Below are positions 30,329 through 40,742 of a stretch of 64,000 nucleotides of DNA, one piece after another. Every line of letters starts with the position of its first letter. Position 1 is the stretch's first letter. This DNA is from an uncultured Psychrobacter sp. (GTDB taxonomy: Bacteria; Pseudomonadota; Gammaproteobacteria; Pseudomonadales; Moraxellaceae), in assembly GCF_947501045.1 (NCBI RefSeq), contig NZ_CANMUI010000009.1; one strand, 5' to 3'. The notes below the pieces were generated by a model. That model did not search any database. It had not been told where the DNA came from and saw nothing but the letters and a program-made list of their open reading frames with translations. Made by a program: the position numbers and the translations under genes.

Positions 30329-30985
30329 TTATTTATCTTTAACAGGAGCAACTAGGTAAACATTGGCTTCATTTAGATATTCTACCAATACCACTTTGTC
30401 GCCTTGCTTTAATGAATTCTCATTCATGTCTGGACGAATTTTGAGTATTAATCCTGCGCCGCCGTCATTTAGCTCAGCTTCACCATGTTTATCTGTCACA
30501 CTAAGCGTGCGCACTATGGCTGTCTTACCCACATTACTAATGGCATTACGCTTAGGAATTTTGGCGATGTTTTTACGGATGGGTGAAATAATAACCCCCG
30601 TCAACCACATCGATACCACCAATACAAAAATGAGCGCCCCTGTGCCAAACACATAATACAAAACGCCTGAATCAAAATAGTGATGCAAAAAGCTGGTGTA
30701 GAGATAGCTTAATACCCAACCGATTAAACTAATCAAGGTTAGTATGATGATTAAAGGCACGCCATAAAGGCCAAATTTGAGCATAAGACCTGTAAAAAAT
30801 CCGGTCGATGATAGGTTGGAGACATCAGCATCACCGCCTGATTCACCAAACTCTACGGTGTCCATATCTGTCATGCCGAGTAAAGATACTACCCAATACA
30901 AGGTGACAAACATCACCAGCCCTGTAAACACAAAGGTAGGGTATAAACTTATTTTGGTAATAAAAATCAAAAACGATTCTTGCAT
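30329..30985 (-). CDS. yqiJ: NfeD-like membrane protein (YqiJ/YuaF-like) with C-terminal OB-fold
   Basis: Four or five predicted TM helices followed by an NfeD-type beta-barrel tail (GKTAIVRT...GDKVVLVEY...VYLVAPV). The canonical partner gene sits immediately upstream of the flotillin gene. Confidence 0.6.
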   Translation of the reverse strand: MQESFLIFITKISLYPTFVFTGLVMFVTLYWVVSLLGMTDMDTVEFGESGGDADVSNLSSTGFFTGLMLKFGLYGVPLIIILTLISLIGWVLSYLYTSFLHHYFDSGVLYYVFGTGALIFVLVVSMWLTGVIISPIRKNIAKIPKRNAISNVGKTAIVRTLSVTDKHGEAELNDGGAGLILKIRPDMNENSLKQGDKVVLVEYLNEANVYLVAPVKDK

Positions 30986-31209
30986 CCTGCACTCCTAAGC
31001 CATACCACCATACAAATTAGCCATGATTGTTATATGGTTTTGTCCTGTAATTTATAAATTTATATGGCTTATTTTATAAATTTACGTACTCACCTTGTAT
31101 AAGTTGCGCCAAACGTAAACGCTTCTCAAACTCATACCTGTAAATGAACTTATGTTTGCTATAAAGTTATTATATACACAAGATGTCAAAAAATATACTT
31201 GATTTGCAA

Positions 31210-32217
31210 TCAGTTTCCCCATACTGGCGACCTAACCATGCCGCCATCCTTACTACTGATAGCATAACTACTATTATCAGCTAAAGAGCGCACAGTTAAA
31301 CTACCCCCACTTTGACCACTAATTTGTTTAACTGGTAAGGTGCGCGCTGGGTACAGAACATACTGTCCAGAAGGCGACAGACGTGCAGGCTCATCAAGTC
31401 CTGTTTCTGCAAGCTTGATGATTTGTCCGGTTGCTACAGTCATTATGGCTGCCTGACGACCGTTGAGATAAGCCAGGCGCTGACCGTCAACACTCAACTG
31501 CGCGCTGGCAGCATAATCTTCATTACTAATCTGCTCAGCACTGCCAGTTGCAAAGTGATAGCGATAAATGCGCGGACGCCCTGCGTGTTTTTTGTCACTG
31601 GTGTAGACGAAACTTTGCCCGTCAAAGGCATAGCTTGGTTGGACTTCGGTACTAGGTAAAGTGGTGAGCTGCTGGGTTTTACCATCGCGTAAATTCATCT
31701 CGTAGATATCGGCATTACCGCCGATCGTTGAGCTATAAAGCAGCTTTTGTCCATCTGGAGAGAATGACGGTGACAGATTGCTGCCAGCTGTGTCTACTAC
31801 TAAATTTCGAGTTTGGCTATTAGTATCGTAGATATAAATCTTTGGATTTTGCAGCATGGCTTGTTTGCTATAGGCTAATAATTTGCCGTCCTTTGACCAT
31901 GCTGGGGCGTAGATAAAGCCGTTGATTTGATCAAGTAGCCGTCTATCGCTACCATCAGGGTTTAGGGTATAAAGACTTGATATTATTGCAGAACCTGCAC
32001 TTAGTTCCTCTACATAAGCGATACGACCTTGCCGATCTACAATTGGCATATTTGCTGTTAACGGATCAACAATTATAGGATTCGCGGTGCTACTGAGCGG
32101 TTGTATCGTTTGGGGTAAAGTACTACAAGCTGTTAAAAGCACACTCAAAGTGGTACTCAGAGCAATAGTAGTAGAGTGCCTACTAATTAAAGATCGATTA
32201 AACATAGAAATACTCAT
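31210..32217 (-). CDS. PD40/TolB-like beta-propeller lipoprotein
   Basis: Lipobox LTACS. Repeated PDGS/SPDG/KDGK beta-propeller blade motifs. Confidence 0.65.
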   Translation of the reverse strand: MSISMFNRSLISRHSTTIALSTTLSVLLTACSTLPQTIQPLSSTANPIIVDPLTANMPIVDRQGRIAYVEELSAGSAIISSLYTLNPDGSDRRLLDQINGFIYAPAWSKDGKLLAYSKQAMLQNPKIYIYDTNSQTRNLVVDTAGSNLSPSFSPDGQKLLYSSTIGGNADIYEMNLRDGKTQQLTTLPSTEVQPSYAFDGQSFVYTSDKKHAGRPRIYRYHFATGSAEQISNEDYAASAQLSVDGQRLAYLNGRQAAIMTVATGQIIKLAETGLDEPARLSPSGQYVLYPARTLPVKQISGQSGGSLTVRSLADNSSYAISSKDGGMVRSPVWGN

Positions 32218-32461
32218 AGAGACAGAAGTAACATAAATTAGAATTGTTTTAGACAGTTTATTAACAAATATATAACATATAGTATAACTTAATTTACGAA
32301 ATATCTTTAATTAAAATAGACTTATTAGTAATAAAACAAACCTTTGTCTAAGCCTTAACTAAAATTTAACCAAAAAAAACGCTCCACTATAAATAGTAGA
32401 GCGCTTTTATGGGGGATATAAGCTTGAACATCACATTACTAATGTCCGAGAATTAAGACAA

Positions 32462-32968
32462 TTATTTAGCAACCCCTTTAAAATAGGCTACTTGATTGTC
32501 GTTTTTAATCGTCAAAATAGGTAAATTATTAGCATTTTCGCCAAGACTGTACTTACCCTGTACAGTTGCCATCGTCGCAGTATCAAAGCTGGCTTCGGGT
32601 TCAGGACAAGCTTTCATAGTACTAAATACGTTGCTAAGTTGGACGCTACCATCAACTACGCTGTATTCACCGCCGATGTTATTACAAGTATTTATAAAGC
32701 TGACGCGATCAGTACCGTTGTCTTTGAAAAAGTTTAGCGTAAGCGGCTTGGCTGGATCAACAAATAGCTGTGTTACTTTATCGCCATTGCTGCGTTTGGC
32801 ATCGACAAGTTGCCAATTGTAAGCTTGCAGCTGTTGTTTAGTCACAGGCTGGGCAACTGGAGCTGGGGCTTCAACGCTTGATTTTGGCGTAGTAGTCGTT
32901 TGACAGCCTGCAGCTAGCGTACCTAAGGTAAGCGTCGCCGCCATCATTATTTTGGTCATATTTTTCAT
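32462..32968 (-). CDS. lipoprotein, META/HslJ-like domain (tentative)
   Basis: Lipobox LAAGC. YNWQLV...TCNNIGGEY pattern reminiscent of the META domain. Confidence 0.4.
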   Translation of the reverse strand: MKNMTKIMMAATLTLGTLAAGCQTTTTPKSSVEAPAPVAQPVTKQQLQAYNWQLVDAKRSNGDKVTQLFVDPAKPLTLNFFKDNGTDRVSFINTCNNIGGEYSVVDGSVQLSNVFSTMKACPEPEASFDTATMATVQGKYSLGENANNLPILTIKNDNQVAYFKGVAK

Positions 32969-33247
32969 ATAGGCTCCTAGAATTATTAGATTTTATATTA
33001 TGGATTCTTAGTAATCGATAATTTTCACAATAGCTGATTATAATTTTTAATTTAAATGTAAGATCGTAGGATATCATAATGCCAAAGCTAACAATAGTAA
33101 GGCAGTCTAAATCAAGATTGATTTTGCCAAAAAAACCTCACTAAGTAGTGAGGTTTTTATATAAAGGCTGACTTAGATATATGGGATAACTAGATATTGC
33201 TAAGTCTTAATAATTAGCTTTGATATTTGCCTTTGATAAATAACGAA

Positions 33248-33379
33248 TTATATGACATCCGTGCCAGTGATATTAGGCTCAGAAGTTGGCGGCGCAGTCA
33301 TACTGGGTGTAGATTGACAGCCTGCTAGTACACTCATTACAACCAAACCAGTCATTAATATTTTGCTTATACTTTTCAT
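33248..33379 (-). CDS. small putative lipoprotein (43 aa: MKSISKILMTGLVVMSVLAGCQSTPSMTAPPTSEPNITGTDVI)
   Basis: Below the ORF-track cutoff. AGGAG SD 7 nt upstream. Signal peptide plus lipobox LAGC. Confidence 0.35.
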   Translation of the reverse strand: MKSISKILMTGLVVMSVLAGCQSTPSMTAPPTSEPNITGTDVI

Positions 33380-33558
33380 ACGAACTCCTACAATAATGAA
33401 TAAAATTTAAATACGAGCTATGTCTTTACTGTTATTCTTTACTAACGCTAACATCTAAAACATCTACTTTTTCGTTAGTAACCATAACTTATTTGAACTT
33501 TATACTTCACTGCTTTTTGCGTTACTACTCGTTATTTAATGTTAAGCTTAAACGCCTA

Positions 33559-34665
33559 TTATGGCTTTACCTGTTGCAGGGCAGCATAGCCTGTCAAACG
33601 TTTGCGCTCAGTATCACTAAATAACTGCTGTTCAAGCTGCCTGATTTGTGCACTTGTTTGATCATTTGTCGCCGCGTTATTATTGTTTTGATTGAGAATA
33701 ATCTGCTTTTGCGCTTGGTACTGCTTAAAACGCTGATCGAAATTGGCATCCTCCTTATCCAATTGCGCAAGCCTTGCTGCTGCTGGCGCGCCTACCAGCT
33801 CACGGCGCATATTATATAATTGTTCAGGAGTCGCACCTTCATTTTTCATCTGTTCAGTGCGACTCATAAGCTCGTTTAAGTTGGCTTGCTGCTGAATAGC
33901 AGCTTTGGTTGCATTATCTGGCATCCGGCTAATATAGTCTTGCCGCGCTACTTGTTTTTGTGCTTTTGAGAGCTGATCGTTTTGATTGATCCTCACCATC
34001 TCTATACTATAGTCATCGTATTCGTCTTCTACGCTAAAGAAGGCGGCAATAGTGTTTTTATCAAAATACTGTTGACGCAGCCGCGCCACGTCTTGCTTTT
34101 GCTGAGCCACTATATTTAAATCCAGCTCGCCGTTTTGTGTGGCTTGCAGTTGCAAATTACCGTAACGCTTTTCTATCTTAGGAATCGCCTTTAAATAAGC
34201 TATATAGTTATTAAATATAACGATAGCTTGGCTAGCGGCCGGTTCAGGAACAAAACTGCGAATATAGCTCTCAACGCGGGCAAAGATAGTGACTTCATCT
34301 TCTTCACCAAGCGCGGATAAGAAGTAATCAAACAATCGCTTTAGCCCTTCGGTAACAATTAATTGTTGGTTTTCATCTATGATAATTTCGCCATCAACAT
34401 CCGTGCCTTGTAAAGAATGCGGCAAGTTTTCAAGTCCGGTGGTAAACTTAGTGCCACTTTGAGTAGAGGATATATTAAGATTTTGCTCAAGATTTGACTC
34501 ACTATCTATTGAACCATTAGTACTCTTACTTACTACTGTAGACACTTCTTGAGAAAGTGTTATGTTGCTTTGGGTAGGCTTAAACCACCAAATAATTGCT
34601 GCCGTTATTATAATAACGCCAGCAATAGTAGTAAGGATTAAATATGAGCGCTGTCTAGCAGACAT
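33559..34665 (-). CDS. lifO: lipase-specific foldase (Lif/LipB chaperone)
   Basis: N-terminal TM anchor. Q/A-rich helical body. Located immediately downstream of the lipase gene, as in Acinetobacter/Pseudomonas lipA-lipB. Confidence 0.65.
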   Translation of the reverse strand: MSARQRSYLILTTIAGVIIITAAIIWWFKPTQSNITLSQEVSTVVSKSTNGSIDSESNLEQNLNISSTQSGTKFTTGLENLPHSLQGTDVDGEIIIDENQQLIVTEGLKRLFDYFLSALGEEDEVTIFARVESYIRSFVPEPAASQAIVIFNNYIAYLKAIPKIEKRYGNLQLQATQNGELDLNIVAQQKQDVARLRQQYFDKNTIAAFFSVEDEYDDYSIEMVRINQNDQLSKAQKQVARQDYISRMPDNATKAAIQQQANLNELMSRTEQMKNEGATPEQLYNMRRELVGAPAAARLAQLDKEDANFDQRFKQYQAQKQIILNQNNNNAATNDQTSAQIRQLEQQLFSDTERKRLTGYAALQQVKP

Positions 34666-34686
34666 AAAAGCGGCATCCTATTTTGC

Positions 34687-35736
34687 TTATAGATTGGCGT
34701 TTTTGAGGCGATTAACCTGACTACGATATACGGTTGTTGGATTAACGCTTCCAAAGGCTACTAAGCCTAGTACTTGATTAACCGAATCCAAATGATTCAT
34801 TCTATAGTTATCACGAATAACATAACCAAGACGACTCGAACACGTAGATACCAAACCATCATTTGGCTCACCTCGATAGGTAGTACTGGTCGACAACAGC
34901 AAAGGATCACCGGCATCAAGTAAGTTGGTCAGTTGCCCAACGCCACTAAACGAATAATACTTAATACCATTGACCTCAGTATCAGCTGGTTGCCCACAAT
35001 AAGTAGTCGGCATCGCTGCCGGGAATCTAGCATTAAATTCAGCCGCGCCATCAGTGGACAGAGCAACTAACGATTTCCAACCATCTTGCTCTTGTAACTC
35101 AGTGACACTAACACCAGAGCCGATGTCGGTAGCAATGCCGATGAGTTTGAATAAGCCAAGCGCCGCCTCTGTGGTGATAGTACCCTCTGAGAGTTGCTGC
35201 AAAACAGCGTCTGCCGTTTTTGAGCCTTGTTCTGGGCTTGAAACTGCGGTTGCTGAGGCTATATATTCAGGGGCAACGCCAGCGACATAGCGAACGTCAA
35301 TACCGCCTTGGCTGTGTCCTATTAGATTGACTTTGGGGTTGCCGGAGATAGCTGAGATGAGTTTGACTTGTGCCAGTAGTTGTTCACCGCGAACTTCACT
35401 ATTATTAATGGCCGAGGTTTTGGTTGCAAATACATCGGTACCTCCTCTCATCAAGGTTTGAGGAATACCATAAAAGTAATCTAGGGCACCGAATAGTTTA
35501 TTAAAACCACCAAGTCCATGCGCCAGCACCACCGGATGCTGAGTAGTTGTATAATTTGACGTTAATAATCTAGCGCCTACCAATTGGCATCCGCTGGGTG
35601 CAGAACAACTATAGTAGGTAGAAGCTTTCGCCGGAGTGGTTTGCAGTGTCATTAGCAAAATACCACTGCCAATAGCACTAAATAGTGGTAAAAATGCACG
35701 TGGTCTTTTGTATGATTTTATACTATGAAAGGTCAT
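34687..35736 (-). CDS. lipA: secreted triacylglycerol lipase (family I, alpha/beta hydrolase)
   Basis: Signal peptide. Oxyanion-hole motif VVLAHGLGG. Nucleophile elbow IGHSQGG. Conserved Cys pair. Confidence 0.8.
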   Translation of the reverse strand: MTFHSIKSYKRPRAFLPLFSAIGSGILLMTLQTTPAKASTYYSCSAPSGCQLVGARLLTSNYTTTQHPVVLAHGLGGFNKLFGALDYFYGIPQTLMRGGTDVFATKTSAINNSEVRGEQLLAQVKLISAISGNPKVNLIGHSQGGIDVRYVAGVAPEYIASATAVSSPEQGSKTADAVLQQLSEGTITTEAALGLFKLIGIATDIGSGVSVTELQEQDGWKSLVALSTDGAAEFNARFPAAMPTTYCGQPADTEVNGIKYYSFSGVGQLTNLLDAGDPLLLSTSTTYRGEPNDGLVSTCSSRLGYVIRDNYRMNHLDSVNQVLGLVAFGSVNPTTVYRSQVNRLKNANL

Positions 35737-36081
35737 AACAACATCCTTGTTATTGTATCAATAAGAGTGTTTTTAACCAGCTTATGTTTGTCTTGGCATA
35801 AAAAGCTATCAAAAACAATTACTAATCCATTTAGCAATCAAATTTACATTACTTGTATATTTTGTATTATTCAATAGATTTTTCTGTCCGCTTAGTGTAT
35901 ATAAATAACGAATATTTCAAAGACCGACAGATGTTTTTTAATAATTTTATAGTTACGACTATTAGCTCATAAAACGACAACAGACCTTGATTAGCATAAA
36001 ACCGTCACCATTATGTTTATGATATAATTCATATAAATTAATTCTGTCTCTATTAATTCTACGACTAATATAAGTACAACA

Positions 36082-36876
36082 ATGATGACTAAAAAATCTC
36101 TTATTCAATCTCCTGAAGCTATAGAAAAAATGCGCGTCGCCGGTAAACTTGCCAGCGATGTGCTAGTGATGCTTGATGAGCATGTCAAAGTTGGCGTGAG
36201 TACCGAAGCGCTTAACCAGATTGCTCATGACTATATTGTTAATGAGCAAGGGGCTATTCCTGCGCCGCTTAATTATCATGGCTTTCCTAAATCTATTTGT
36301 ACCTCGGTCAATCATGTGGTTTGTCACGGTATCCCAACTGAGAACAAACTGCTTAAAGATGGCGACATTATTAATATTGATGTCACTGTCATCAAAGATG
36401 GCTATTATGGTGACACCTCAAAGATGTGGATCGTTGGTGAAGGTTCTATCATGGCGCAGCGTATTTGTGATGTGGCTCAAAAAGCACTCTATGCCGGTAT
36501 GAGCGTGGTCAAAGATGGCGCACGTTTGGGTGATGTGGGCGCCGCGATTCAAGAAGTGGTCGAGCCTGAGCGCTTTAGTATCGTCCGCGAGTTCTGTGGT
36601 CACGGTATCAGCAATGAGTTTCACCACGAGCCGCAAGTCATGCACTATGGCAAAAAGGGTACTGGCTTTGAGCTCAAAACGGGTATGACTTTTACCATTG
36701 AGCCGATGATCAATCAAGGCACTTGGCAGACCAAAATATTACCTGATGAATGGACCGCCATCACCAAAGATCGTAAGCTGTCAGCGCAGTGGGAGCATAC
36801 GATGGTGGTCACCGATAATGGCTGTGAGGTATTTACCACACGCCCTGAAGAAGATTTAAGTTTTTTGACTCAGTAA
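36082..36876 (+). CDS. map: methionine aminopeptidase type I
   Basis: Full-length MetAP1 with conserved metal ligands (HGIP..., DIINIDV, EFCGHGIS, TIEPM). Confidence 0.95.
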   Translation: MMTKKSLIQSPEAIEKMRVAGKLASDVLVMLDEHVKVGVSTEALNQIAHDYIVNEQGAIPAPLNYHGFPKSICTSVNHVVCHGIPTENKLLKDGDIINIDVTVIKDGYYGDTSKMWIVGEGSIMAQRICDVAQKALYAGMSVVKDGARLGDVGAAIQEVVEPERFSIVREFCGHGISNEFHHEPQVMHYGKKGTGFELKTGMTFTIEPMINQGTWQTKILPDEWTAITKDRKLSAQWEHTMVVTDNGCEVFTTRPEEDLSFLTQ

Positions 36877-36885
36877 TAACATAAA

Positions 36886-36910
36886 AGATCGCCTAGGCGG
36901 TCTTTTTTTT
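36886..36910. terminator. rho-independent terminator after map (GATCGCCTAGGCGGTC + T8)
   Basis: Read from sequence. Confidence 0.6.
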
Positions 36911-36956
36911 GCTAATTTTATCTTAAACTCCAATTAGATAACACTGGACAACTTGC

Positions 36957-39701
36957 ATGTTTACTTGCGATACCACCTCTATTAATATTACGCCGCTACC
37001 GTCAGTTCTCTTGCGTCCCCCATCAGCAGCAACCCATTCTGAATCAGTATTATCTGATCAGGCGTTGACAGCTATCTCTGCGTGGGTAGTACAAATTAAT
37101 AATGATATCAGCCGTGCTCTTGAGCGCGGTGTTAGTATTCGTCAGTTGGTTGCCGCTCGCGCTTGCGCCATCGATGATCTGCTAATCGCTTTGTTTGAAC
37201 GATTTGGCCTCAATGATACAGACTTGGCTCTATTTGCTACCGGTGGTTATGGTCGCGGCGAGTTGTCGCTCTATTCAGATGTCGATATTTTACTACTTAG
37301 CCTTACCCGTATTAGCAGTGAGGTTAGCGCCAAGATTGATAAATTAGTGGCGCTACTTTGGGATATCGGGCTTGAGCCTTCATTATCAGTCCGTGATACC
37401 AGCGACTGTCTGGAGGCGGCCAAAGACCATACCGTAGCCAGTGCGCTACTCGAAGCAAGATTACTTACTGGTAACGAGACACTGCAAAAAGTACCCCATG
37501 CGATTGTCAATAAACGGTGGTCGCCGCGAGAGTTTTATGAGGTAAAAACAGCTGAGGCAAAAGCGCGTTACCTGCGTCACAATGCCACAGAATACAACCT
37601 TGAGCCTAATATTAAAACGGCTCCTGGTGGGCTGCGCGATATCCATATCATTGGCTGGGTCACCAAGCGCTACTTTCGAGTCAGCAAACTTTATGACTTA
37701 GTTCAGCAAGACTTTTTGACCGAAAAAGAATTCGATGAATTACAGTTTGCAGAGAGTTATTTATGGCAAATACGTCATTACTTGCATGAGCTGACAAAAC
37801 GTAACGAGAATAAATTGTTATTTGATTATCAGCGCGATATTGCTGAGCTTATGGGTTATGAGACGCAGCCTGATGACGCGCCCAATGCTGCTGTTGAGCG
37901 TTTTATGCGTGACTATTATCGCTGTGCGATGCAAATATCTACGCTATCTGAGATGCTCATCAACCACTATTATGAAACCATTATTGAGCCTGAACTGCCA
38001 GATGACGAGCGTCCCATAAAACGGCCTATCAATGCACGCTTTAATCAAGTTGGTGATCAGATTGCCATCGCTCATCACCGCGTTTTTGCACAAACCCCAG
38101 CGGCGATCATGGAGATGTTTCTGCTTATGGGTCAGTACGGGATCAAAAATATCCGTACGCGCACCGTACGCGCGCTAAAGATTGCGGCGCGCGGTATTGA
38201 TCAAGCTTATCGTGATAATTCTGAACATCAGGCGCTGTTCTTAGCCAATTTAAAAGAACAAAACTATCTGTTTCACCGTCTGCGCGCTATGAATCGCTAT
38301 GGGGTACTTGGCAGTTATATCCCTGCTTTTGCACAAGTCACTGGCATGATGCAGTATGATTTGTTTCATCGCTACACCGTCGATGCCCATACGCTATTTT
38401 TGATTCGAATTTTACACCGTTTTACCGATCCTAATTATGCACAAGACTTTCCACTCATCAGTGCCATTTTTCAGCGAATCGAGCGCAAAGAGATTATTGT
38501 ACTAGCAGCTATGTTTCATGACATTGCCAAAGGCCGCGGCGGTAATCATAGTCAGCTTGGCGAAACTGAGGCCACCCAATTCTGTTTGGCACATGGTATG
38601 AGTCAAGCGGACGCCCATCTGGTTGGTTGGTTGACCCGCTACCATCTACTGATGTCGATGACCGCGCAGAAAAAGGATATCTCTGACCCTGAAGTGGTGA
38701 CTGTTTTTGCTAATCTTGTCGGTAACGTCACTCATCTCAACCATTTATACGTACTGACTGTTGCTGATATGAATGCCACCAATCCTCAGCTTTGGAATAG
38801 CTGGCGGGCGACCTTGATGAAGCAGCTATATTCGCAAACGCGGCGTATCTTGCGTGCTGATATCGATGCCCCAACCAATCGTCGAGATATGATTAGCGCC
38901 ACACGCAAACAGACGTTGGCGAGGCTTGACAGTGTCGACAATCAGCATATGAATCGTGATGAAGTACTTAGATTATGGGATGATCTGGGCGATGAGTATT
39001 TTTTGCGGGAGATTGTAGAAGATATTTTGTGGCATACCGAAGCCATTTTAAATCATCCTCCTATCGGACGCGCCTCTGATACCGATAGTGCACCTTTGGT
39101 GGTGCTACGTGAGCATCGAGAGCTGGCGCTTGATGCGGTGCAGGTCTTTGTTTATACCCAAGATCAGGCCAATCTTTTTGCCGTAACTATGGCGGTGTTT
39201 GATCAGATGAATCTAGATGTTTTGGACGCGCGAATCATCACAGCTACTCGTAATTTTGCCTTGGACTCTTATGTTTTGCTTGATCGCAGCGGTACTTTAC
39301 TAACTGATAAGGACACTCAGCAAGAGCTAAAACAGCGCCTCATTGATGCTTTTAAAAATCCAGCAGCGCCCAAGCTTACCTATAAGCGCTTGCCTCGCCA
39401 GCTAAGGCATTTTGAAGTACCCACAGTGATTAGTTTTGACTTTAATGAAGCCTCATCGCAGCACATAATGAATTTGCAAACGCTTGATCAGCCAGGACTG
39501 CTTGCACGCGTAGGACAGATATTTTTGCAGCAAGGTATCGAGGTACATGCGGCACGTATTACGACATTAGGTGAGCGAGCAGAAGATATGTTTTATATCA
39601 GCGATCAACACGATGCCCCTTTATCTGCTGATAAACTTGCAACATTAAAAAGCGCACTTATCACTAGCTTGAATGCTCATACTGAGGACAAATACACTTA
39701 A
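36957..39701 (+). CDS. glnD: bifunctional [protein-PII] uridylyltransferase/uridylyl-removing enzyme
   Basis: Nucleotidyltransferase (GGYGRGELSLYSDVD), HD (FHDIAKG) and two ACT domains. Follows map as in many gammaproteobacteria. Confidence 0.9.
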   Translation: MFTCDTTSINITPLPSVLLRPPSAATHSESVLSDQALTAISAWVVQINNDISRALERGVSIRQLVAARACAIDDLLIALFERFGLNDTDLALFATGGYGRGELSLYSDVDILLLSLTRISSEVSAKIDKLVALLWDIGLEPSLSVRDTSDCLEAAKDHTVASALLEARLLTGNETLQKVPHAIVNKRWSPREFYEVKTAEAKARYLRHNATEYNLEPNIKTAPGGLRDIHIIGWVTKRYFRVSKLYDLVQQDFLTEKEFDELQFAESYLWQIRHYLHELTKRNENKLLFDYQRDIAELMGYETQPDDAPNAAVERFMRDYYRCAMQISTLSEMLINHYYETIIEPELPDDERPIKRPINARFNQVGDQIAIAHHRVFAQTPAAIMEMFLLMGQYGIKNIRTRTVRALKIAARGIDQAYRDNSEHQALFLANLKEQNYLFHRLRAMNRYGVLGSYIPAFAQVTGMMQYDLFHRYTVDAHTLFLIRILHRFTDPNYAQDFPLISAIFQRIERKEIIVLAAMFHDIAKGRGGNHSQLGETEATQFCLAHGMSQADAHLVGWLTRYHLLMSMTAQKKDISDPEVVTVFANLVGNVTHLNHLYVLTVADMNATNPQLWNSWRATLMKQLYSQTRRILRADIDAPTNRRDMISATRKQTLARLDSVDNQHMNRDEVLRLWDDLGDEYFLREIVEDILWHTEAILNHPPIGRASDTDSAPLVVLREHRELALDAVQVFVYTQDQANLFAVTMAVFDQMNLDVLDARIITATRNFALDSYVLLDRSGTLLTDKDTQQELKQRLIDAFKNPAAPKLTYKRLPRQLRHFEVPTVISFDFNEASSQHIMNLQTLDQPGLLARVGQIFLQQGIEVHAARITTLGERAEDMFYISDQHDAPLSADKLATLKSALITSLNAHTEDKYT

Positions 39702-39726
39702 TTATCAACCGAAGTGTTTAGCTTAG

Positions 39727-40437
39727 CTAGCTTGAATAAGTGATTAGACTTTTATAAACCATCTCGCTGGCATATGGAGTCAACTCATCATCGACAAACT
39801 CTGGAGGCAATATCTCTGCCTCTATTTGGTGCTGATCTAAAATCAGTCGGCCAGCATCAATCTCTTTTTGGAGTAAACGCTGCAAGGTTGCAAGCCTTAA
39901 CTGTGCTTTATAATGCGTATAAATCGTTTGTAAAGAGATTGGCGCCTGATCATGAACATACGGAAAAATATTCTCTGATGCTAAATCAGCCATCTTCGTT
40001 AGCGCCTGTTCACACATAGTGTCTGCGTCATTAATGTGCTCTTGTATATAATTGGCCAGCTGACCTTTAAATATTAGCGCAATTATAAACACCATTGTTT
40101 GGATGCCAAATACTATCGTGTAGTGCCACAATGACATGGGTATATTAAATAACTTACCCAACGTCATCATTACGATAGCCACGATTACATAACTGACTAA
40201 TTGCCATAACAACCAAGTGATTATACTATTGTCACCAAACCAAAACATCTGTCTTTCTTTGAGATTAATAAAGCGCTGACGAGCTTGCCACCACTGTTGT
40301 TCATATTGTTTAAGCTGCTCATAAGATGGACCGCTCAGATCATTACCTGTCTCGTCGTCAATACTTATATCATCGTTAACGAAATTGCCCCCCTCTTTAA
40401 AAGCCTTAAAGTTGTCAATTTTTGGAGCATCGATCAT
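39727..40437 (-). CDS. hypothetical membrane protein (2-3 TM helices)
   Basis: 236-aa ORF on the opposite strand between glnD and dapC. No recognisable motif. Confidence 0.4.
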   Translation of the reverse strand: MIDAPKIDNFKAFKEGGNFVNDDISIDDETGNDLSGPSYEQLKQYEQQWWQARQRFINLKERQMFWFGDNSIITWLLWQLVSYVIVAIVMMTLGKLFNIPMSLWHYTIVFGIQTMVFIIALIFKGQLANYIQEHINDADTMCEQALTKMADLASENIFPYVHDQAPISLQTIYTHYKAQLRLATLQRLLQKEIDAGRLILDQHQIEAEILPPEFVDDELTPYASEMVYKSLITYSS

Positions 40438-40742
40438 AAGGTTATCCTAACGATAATTTGCCTTAGTCTCTGGCAGCAGTTATCTGTTTTATTGTCTATT
40501 GTTGTTTTTAAGTTGTAAGCATATAAATTATTAGCATAAAAGTAGTAGGTAAGTTGTTGAAAAATGAATAATAGTTTAGAGAAATCGATAAGAGAAGGAA
40601 AAGACAAATAATAAGCTAAATGCTACACTGCCTAATTGGTAGTTTTTTACGAATATATAATATTATGACGATCGAAATTACGCTCAACTAACTATTCTAA
40701 TTTTCGTTAACAATTACTTACTTAATGTAGCCTCTTATTATA

